Part shown: one piece after another, positions 59,392-64,000 of the stretch
Layout of the letters: each line of letters begins with the position of its first letter
How positions within the stretch are numbered: the first letter of the stretch is position 1
Assembly: GCA_963744645.1 (NCBI GenBank)
Contig: CAVUUN010000024.1
Span: 36,325-100,324, forward strand
Source: an uncultured Acidobacteriota bacterium
GTDB lineage: Bacteria > Acidobacteriota > UBA6911 > RPQK01
Direction of reading: 5' to 3'
DNA: 64,000 bases
Position numbers and translations under genes: made by a program
Notes under the pieces: generated by a model
What the model was told of the DNA's origin: nothing
Databases searched by the model: none
What the model saw: the letters and a program-made list of their open reading frames with translations, nothing else

Positions 59392-59675
59392 GTGAAGCTC
59401 ACGTTCGAATGGGATTCCGAGAAGGCCAGGCAGAATTCCAGCAAGCATGGTGTCACTTTCGAAGAGGCCAGTACCGTATTTGACGACCCGCTTTCGTTGA
59501 CTGTCCCTGACCGAAGGCACTCCGTTCAGGAGCGTCGCTTTGTTATTATTGGCGATCCCAGCCCGGAAGACTGCTCGTCGTGGTTCATACCGATCGCGGT
59601 CGAACTGTTCGGTTGATAAGCGCCCGGCCTGCAACAGGACCTGAACGTAAAGAATATGAAGAAGAAACAAAGTGA
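59392..59675 (+). CDS. brnT: BrnT family toxin (cassette 6); one frameshift
   Basis: FEWDSEKARQNSSKHGVTFEEA..F.DP; LLVVVHTDRG..RLISAR. Confidence 0.9.
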
Positions 59676-59889
59676 GCCAGATCCGGACATGTTGCCGGAG
59701 TACGATTTTTCGGGCGGGGTCCGAGGAAAGTACACAAGCCGGTACCGGGAGGGAACAAACATCGTGGTCTTAGAGCCCGAAATCGCTGAGGTGTTTTCCG
59801 ACTCCCAGTCCGTGAATGATGCCCTTCGCCCGCTGGCTAACCTCATACGACGGCACCGTAAGGGTGCCAAATCGCCCGCCGCCTCCTAA
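59656..59889 (+). CDS. BrnA-like antitoxin
   Basis: DMLPEYDFSGGVRGKY..LEPEIAEVF..SVNDALR; overlaps the toxin gene. Confidence 0.85.
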   Translation: MKKKQSEPDPDMLPEYDFSGGVRGKYTSRYREGTNIVVLEPEIAEVFSDSQSVNDALRPLANLIRRHRKGAKSPAAS

Positions 59890-61298
59890 GAAACTGCAGT
59901 CGTGGCGGGGGTTCCAGAGGCGCTCCGGGGGACCAGTTCATAGCCCAAAGAGCGGGCTTTTTTCTCCAGGTATCGAATCGTTCTCTCCTGATTTTTCTTT
60001 TCGTAGTAATCCAATCGTGTCGGGTCATAGGAGCCGGGATCTGACCAGAGTCGGTAGAAAATCCGCGCCAGCTTGTGAGCGGTGGCGGTGATGGCTTCGG
60101 GGGCGCCGAATCTCGCTTTCATGCGGCGGTAGAAACAGCCGAGCGGTCCCTGGCTGTTGGAGAGGGACTGGGCGGCGAGGCGGAAGGCGCGGGCGGCGCG
60201 ATTGGCGCTGGGGCGGGTCTTGGAGCTTTTGATCTTGCCTCCGGTGATGCGGTTGTCGGGGCACAGGCAGAGCCAGGAGGTGAAGCGCTTGCAGGTGGGG
60301 AAGCGGGAGGGATCCAGTCCGATTTCGGAGATCACGGTCTGGATGGTCAGGGCGTCGAAGCCTTCGATCTGGGTGAAGTCGACGCCGGTGACGCGATACA
60401 TCTCGAGGCGCAGGTCGAAGAGGGTTTGGTTGCGCTGGGGCTTTTTGCTTTTGTTCGATCGGGTGGAGGGAGGCATGGGGACGAGGGCGGGGTCGACCCG
60501 GGAATCCATGCTCTGGAGATAGGCCTGGACCTGCTGGTCGCACTCATCGACCTTGGCGGCGTAGACATCATAAAGCTCAAGGGCCTGGCGCAGGGCGAAC
60601 AGGTGCTCGGGGCGGTAGTCGCCGACCAGGGCCTTGGCGATGGTCTCCCGGGAGGCCTTGATGCGGAAATCGCGCAGGGCGGCCAGCTGCTGCGGATCGC
60701 GCTCTCCGTTGAGAAGGGCGCGGATGATGCGCAGGCCGGTCACGCCGGTGAGGTCGCTGATCACGTGGTGGAGCTGAAGATTCATCTGGACCAGGGCTTT
60801 TTGCATGTGCTGGATGTGGGTGGCTGCGGACTGGATGAGCCGGGAGCGCTGGCGCCAGTAGGAGCGCAGGACGCAGATCTGATCGGCGGGGCGGAAGGAG
60901 GCGGCCAGCAGGCCGTAGGAGTGGAGCTCCTGCAGCCACTGGCAATCCTGGACGTCGGACTTGCGGCCGGGAAGGTTTTTGACGTGGTGGGCGTTGACCA
61001 GGCAGATGTCCAGTCCGTAGGGTTCCAGGATCTGGGCGACCGGGATCCAGTAGACCCCGGTGGATTCCATGGCCACCGAGGTGACGCCGCAGGCCACCAG
61101 CCAGCGGGCCAGGTCGTGGAGGTCCTCGGTGAAGCAGAGGAAGCGTCGGACCGGGTCGGGATCACGATCGGCGGGGACGGCCACGAACAGCTCCTCGGCG
61201 CCGATGTCGATGCCGGCGGTGTTGGGGTTGATCAGGCGTGGGGCGGCCGGGCGATTTTTGCGCGGCTTTCGAATGGATTTGGATTTAGACTTGGACAC
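59886..61298 (-). CDS. IS110 DEDD transposase/recombinase
   Basis: GIDIG, MESTGVYW, KSDVQD, EIG..RF, TATAHKLAR; GTG start with AGGAGG. Confidence 0.95.
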   Translation of the reverse strand: MSKSKSKSIRKPRKNRPAAPRLINPNTAGIDIGAEELFVAVPADRDPDPVRRFLCFTEDLHDLARWLVACGVTSVAMESTGVYWIPVAQILEPYGLDICLVNAHHVKNLPGRKSDVQDCQWLQELHSYGLLAASFRPADQICVLRSYWRQRSRLIQSAATHIQHMQKALVQMNLQLHHVISDLTGVTGLRIIRALLNGERDPQQLAALRDFRIKASRETIAKALVGDYRPEHLFALRQALELYDVYAAKVDECDQQVQAYLQSMDSRVDPALVPMPPSTRSNKSKKPQRNQTLFDLRLEMYRVTGVDFTQIEGFDALTIQTVISEIGLDPSRFPTCKRFTSWLCLCPDNRITGGKIKSSKTRPSANRAARAFRLAAQSLSNSQGPLGCFYRRMKARFGAPEAITATAHKLARIFYRLWSDPGSYDPTRLDYYEKKNQERTIRYLEKKARSLGYELVPRSASGTPATTAVS

Positions 61299-61320
61299 GG
61301 GCGGCCTCCTTTGCAAAAAG

Positions 61321-61485
61321 GCGCGCGCACGGGCCCGGGTCGGTGGATGTACGAAATCTCCTAAACGGGATCGTGTCCGGTGCACGAGACACGTCACCAG
61401 TGCGGAAACCGAAAGCCCCGGGACCAGGCTAACCGACGGGCACGAAAGCACCAATGGCGAAACGGTCTTAACTGCCCGCGCGCGG
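61321..61485 (+). ncRNA. Candidate IS110 bridge RNA, antisense to the transposase
   Basis: Two guide-ACGGG-hairpin-CACCA modules; CTCCTAA matches the target, AGGCTAA matches the donor; closing stem GCGCGC..GGG/CCC.GCGCGC. Confidence 0.7.
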
Positions 61486-61565
61486 CCGCCCAAGACCTTG
61501 CACCGAGTGGCGGGCTGGCCGCAAGTTTCTTTCAGCAGAAATGCGTCCCGAAGGGGCGTTTAAAA

Positions 61566-61695
61566 GGCTAACCCGGCGTTGCAGCGGAGCGGCCCCGGCG
61601 CTGCGACCACTGTTAATTAGTGTGGTAAAAGCATGGCTGGCGCTTCGGGGCGACTACTCGGCTGGGGCCGCCCGCTGAACTTATTGCCGTTAGGC
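61566..61695 (+). other. attC6 (gamma subtype; first bases supplied by the IS end)
   Basis: GGCTAAC..GTTAGGC palindrome. Confidence 0.9.
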
Positions 61696-61892
61696 GGCGC
61701 CGGGGATCGAGTTCGTTGCGGGGCTACGGAGCCGAAAGGCAGCAGCCAAGATCGGGAGGGTTGCTAATTCGAACTCGGTCGGGAGCAGGATCGAGCCGGG
61801 GCCGTCAGGGTGTTTCGGGTCGCGAGCGCAGGCTGGATTGCCTCCGTGTCTGGTGGTTGCCAGACGAAGCGGTTTGATTCAGCCAGGGCGCA
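61696..61892 (+). ncRNA. ORF-less cassette 7, candidate structured RNA (type A, second copy)
   Basis: Homologous to cassette 1 with structure-preserving changes. Confidence 0.55.
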
Positions 61893-62020
61893 GCCTAACA
61901 GATCGTTGCAGCGGAGCGGCTGGGAGCTAAGCTTCGGGGGGGACGGGCAGGTGACAATATCGTGGGTAGCTCGGGGCAACAGCTCGGCTCCAGCCGCCCG
62001 CTGAACTCGGGTCGTTAGGC
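61893..62020 (+). other. attC7 (alpha subtype)
   Basis: GCCTAAC..GTTAGGC palindrome. Confidence 0.92.
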
Positions 62021-62031
62021 GGTGAAGCAGC

Positions 62032-62487
62032 ATGAAACAGCCCTTGCACGAAAGCACTCTGCGTGACTATTTTCTCGGTTTAACGAACGGCGAGTGTCTG
62101 GACGCGCAGACGAGAGCAGCAGTCAAGGTCCGCAGCCGGATCCGGAAGGACGTGCACGTGCGTGACATGGCAGAAGAGTTCCTGGTGACGAGAGCCATGA
62201 TATTGAGGCTATGTCAGGATGCGATCAACGCTCATATCACCGCGGACTCCCTTGAAGATATTGCTTTTGTTCTGCTCGCCTCCGACTCTTTCCACTTTGA
62301 AGAGGAATCGGTGGCTGAAGTGGTACACGATTGGTCGCAACCTAGAGTCAAGTGCGCGCTCACTTCGGAAAACCTCCTGAAGTTTTGTGGTTGGTTGCTC
62401 GGAAACAGCGCGTACCCAGCCCACGAAACACCACCAGCTGAGGTGACGGGAACCGTGGTCAGCGTTAAGCGTAAGGTGGTTGACTAA
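62032..62487 (+). CDS. Cassette 8 hypothetical protein
   Basis: ORF fills the cassette exactly. Confidence 0.8.
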   Translation: MKQPLHESTLRDYFLGLTNGECLDAQTRAAVKVRSRIRKDVHVRDMAEEFLVTRAMILRLCQDAINAHITADSLEDIAFVLLASDSFHFEEESVAEVVHDWSQPRVKCALTSENLLKFCGWLLGNSAYPAHETPPAEVTGTVVSVKRKVVD

Positions 62488-62491
62488 GGCT

Positions 62492-62585
62492 GCCTAACAC
62501 GCGTTGCAGCGGACCCGCCCTCGCGCTTCTTGCATTGATCATCTGGTGGTGAGGCCCGGGCGGGCCGCTGAACTTCACGTTAGGC
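62492..62585 (+). other. attC8 (short, 94 bp)
   Basis: GCCTAAC..GTTAGGC palindrome. Confidence 0.9.
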
Positions 62586-62756
62586 TGCCAAGGGCGAAAG
62601 AGAAAGTGGGCGAAAGCAGTTGCAGCGGTGTGGGCGCAAGCGAGCCAGGGGGAAACCGGGCGAGATTCAGTCAGCGCGGTGCCCGGCCAACAACTTGCTC
62701 GCCCAGGTTGGTTGCCCGGTGCGTGGCCGATTTGCGTTCGATTGTGCACGCGGGCA
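62586..62756 (+). ncRNA. ORF-less cassette 9, candidate structured RNA (type B)
   Basis: No ATG on either strand; GGGCGCAAG/TTTGCGTTC and CCGGGCGA/TTGCCCGG helices. Confidence 0.45.
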
Positions 62757-62885
62757 GCCTAACACGTCGTTCCAGCGGAGCGGCTGGGAGTCGCGCTTCG
62801 GTGGGAACGAAGAGGTGACAGCATCGTGGGTGGCAGGGTGCAGCTACTCGGCTCCAGCCGCCCGCTGAACTCTGTGCCGTTAGGC
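62757..62885 (+). other. attC9 (alpha subtype)
   Basis: GCCTAAC..GTTAGGC palindrome. Confidence 0.92.
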
Positions 62886-62913
62886 GGCTCAACGTCTGAG
62901 AGTCGGTGTCCAA

Positions 62914-63357
62914 GTGATCATGAGGCGGAAGATTCTCCTCGGCTCTTCCATTGTAGCTATTCTTGCTACCGTTGCCTTTCTGGTCCTCGTGCCAGCCGCC
63001 CGTGCTGAACTGTGCTGGGACTGCCCTTTGAGCTTCGAACAAGCGTCGATGATACTGGCAGCGATCTTCATATTCTTGATGTTAGGCACTTGGCTTCGAG
63101 GGAGCAGCAAGTGGCAACTTCACGCGCTTGGCAACATTCTGCTCGGCGTCGCAGCTCTCTACATTTGGGTCATCCATCATGCGGGCCGGGAGTGGGGAAT
63201 CAGTAAATTCAATAATCCCCACGAGGGGTATGATCCCAACATAGTCTCGGTGTTTGCCCTGGCATTGCTCATCGTGTGTGCAGGATTCGTCACGCTTTTT
63301 GGCAGGCGATCGTCTTCGCTCGGCGCTGAAGGGGCCAACAGCAGAACAGCCGCCTAA
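62914..63357 (+). CDS. Cassette 10 membrane protein (signal plus about three TMs, CWDC motif)
   Basis: Stop codon lies inside the R'' box of attC10. Confidence 0.8.
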   Translation: MIMRRKILLGSSIVAILATVAFLVLVPAARAELCWDCPLSFEQASMILAAIFIFLMLGTWLRGSSKWQLHALGNILLGVAALYIWVIHHAGREWGISKFNNPHEGYDPNIVSVFALALLIVCAGFVTLFGRRSSSLGAEGANSRTAA

Positions 63358-63479
63358 CCCGGCGTTCCAGCGGACCCGCTGGGAGTGGCGGCTCGCTCGG
63401 AAATTGAGGCGGCGCGGTCAATCCCGACCCGACCCATGGTATCCTCCCCAGCGGACCGCTGAACTTGTGGCCGTTAGGC
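63352..63479 (+). other. attC10 (beta subtype)
   Basis: GCCTAAC..GTTAGGC palindrome. Confidence 0.92.
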
Positions 63480-63496
63480 GGCGGCGAGGTGACGAC

Positions 63497-64000
63497 ATGG
63501 TCAAACCTAAGAGAAAGAAAGACAAGGAGGGAGAGTGCGTCGTCCCTTCTCATGCGCTACCCGCGAACGAGCTTGATAAATACAGCGTATTCCGCGATCC
63601 GCACACTGAGCTGGACATTGCCCGTTATGTCGAGATAGAAGCGCCCGACGAAAAGGTCCTGCACGCAGAGAGGATCAAACAGGAGATAGTATTGGGCGAT
63701 GTATACGACATATGGGATGTGACCACAAACAAGGACCGTTGGTGGGTCATCACAAACCTTACCAATCTCTATTCGCAACGGCATTTTCCGAGCTTGGATT
63801 ACACACTTTCGTTCCACATAGGGCTGATGATGCGGCTACGAAGCCGCAATGACGGCGCTCGAAGTGAGGAACCTAGTCCGTTCGATGAGGTTTTCAGACG
63901 CCAACAGCAGGCCGACGACCGCCATGAAAGTGCGGTGGAAGCGGAGGACTACCAAGCTGTTGGCATGCAACTTCGCGAATGCCTGATTTCTCTTGTCAGC
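63497..64000 (+). CDS. Cassette 11 hypothetical protein; early frameshift, runs off the window
   Basis: GAGGTG RBS; manual translation WDVTTNKDRWWVITNLTNLYSQ..LSFHIGLM..EDYQAVGMQLRECL. Confidence 0.7.
   Translation, partial: MVKPKRKKDKEGECVVPSHALPANELDKYSVFRDPHTELDIARYVEIEAPDEKVLHAERIKQEIVLGDVYDIWDVTTNKDRWWVITNLTNLYSQRHFPSLDYTLSFHIGLMMRLRSRNDGARSEEPSPFDEVFRRQQQADDRHESAVEAEDYQAVGMQLRECLISLVS

Larger units (their letters stand above)
59886..61571 (-). mobile_element. IS110-family element inserted at the CTAA core of the attC6 R'' box
   Basis: CTAA at both junctions (59886-89 and 61568-71); removing the element restores TCCTAAC-attC; no terminal inverted repeats. Confidence 0.92.

Noticed and set aside
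60075-61364. Long antisense ORFs (also 28047..29279, 52805..53890, 301..1179)
   Set aside because: Shadow frames of high-GC genes on the opposite strand.
61764-63042. Short ORFs overlapping the ORF-less cassettes (61810..62004, 62504..62818, 62620..62868, 62671..63042)
   Set aside because: They run through attC sites, mostly use non-ATG starts, and have no counterpart in cassette 1.
56804-63479. Regularly recurring ~128-bp repeats as a CRISPR array
   Set aside because: They have attC R''/L''/L'/R' structure, flank gene-sized inserts and sit next to intI; no cas genes are present.

Overview
GC-rich bacterial chromosomal window, probably Acidobacteriota (inferred from the gene families present). 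Many single-base frameshifts, even in essential genes such as gltX, point to long-read sequencing error. Positions 1-55.4 kb hold housekeeping and envelope genes: APC permease, TPR-exbD-exbD-exbB, two NtrBC-like systems, gltX-rlmB-ntrYX-xerC, rpsO-pnp-larB-mutS2-dnaG-rpoD-tRNA(CAT), transporters, hydrolases and hsp20-lon. Between them lie several families of 7/8/9-nt inverted tandem-repeat arrays and REP-like palindromes. From 55.5 kb to the end is a complete integron: intI, a Pc candidate, attI, 10 long attC sites and 11 cassettes. Three cassettes (~180-205 bp) have no ORF and no ATG on either strand but fold strongly. Two of them are homologous and differ by compensatory or G-U substitutions, so they are candidate structured-RNA cassettes. 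An IS110 element sits in the R'' box of the attC of a BrnTA cassette. Its non-coding end carries two guide-like segments matching the target and donor junctions, a candidate bridge RNA apparently antisense to the transposase.
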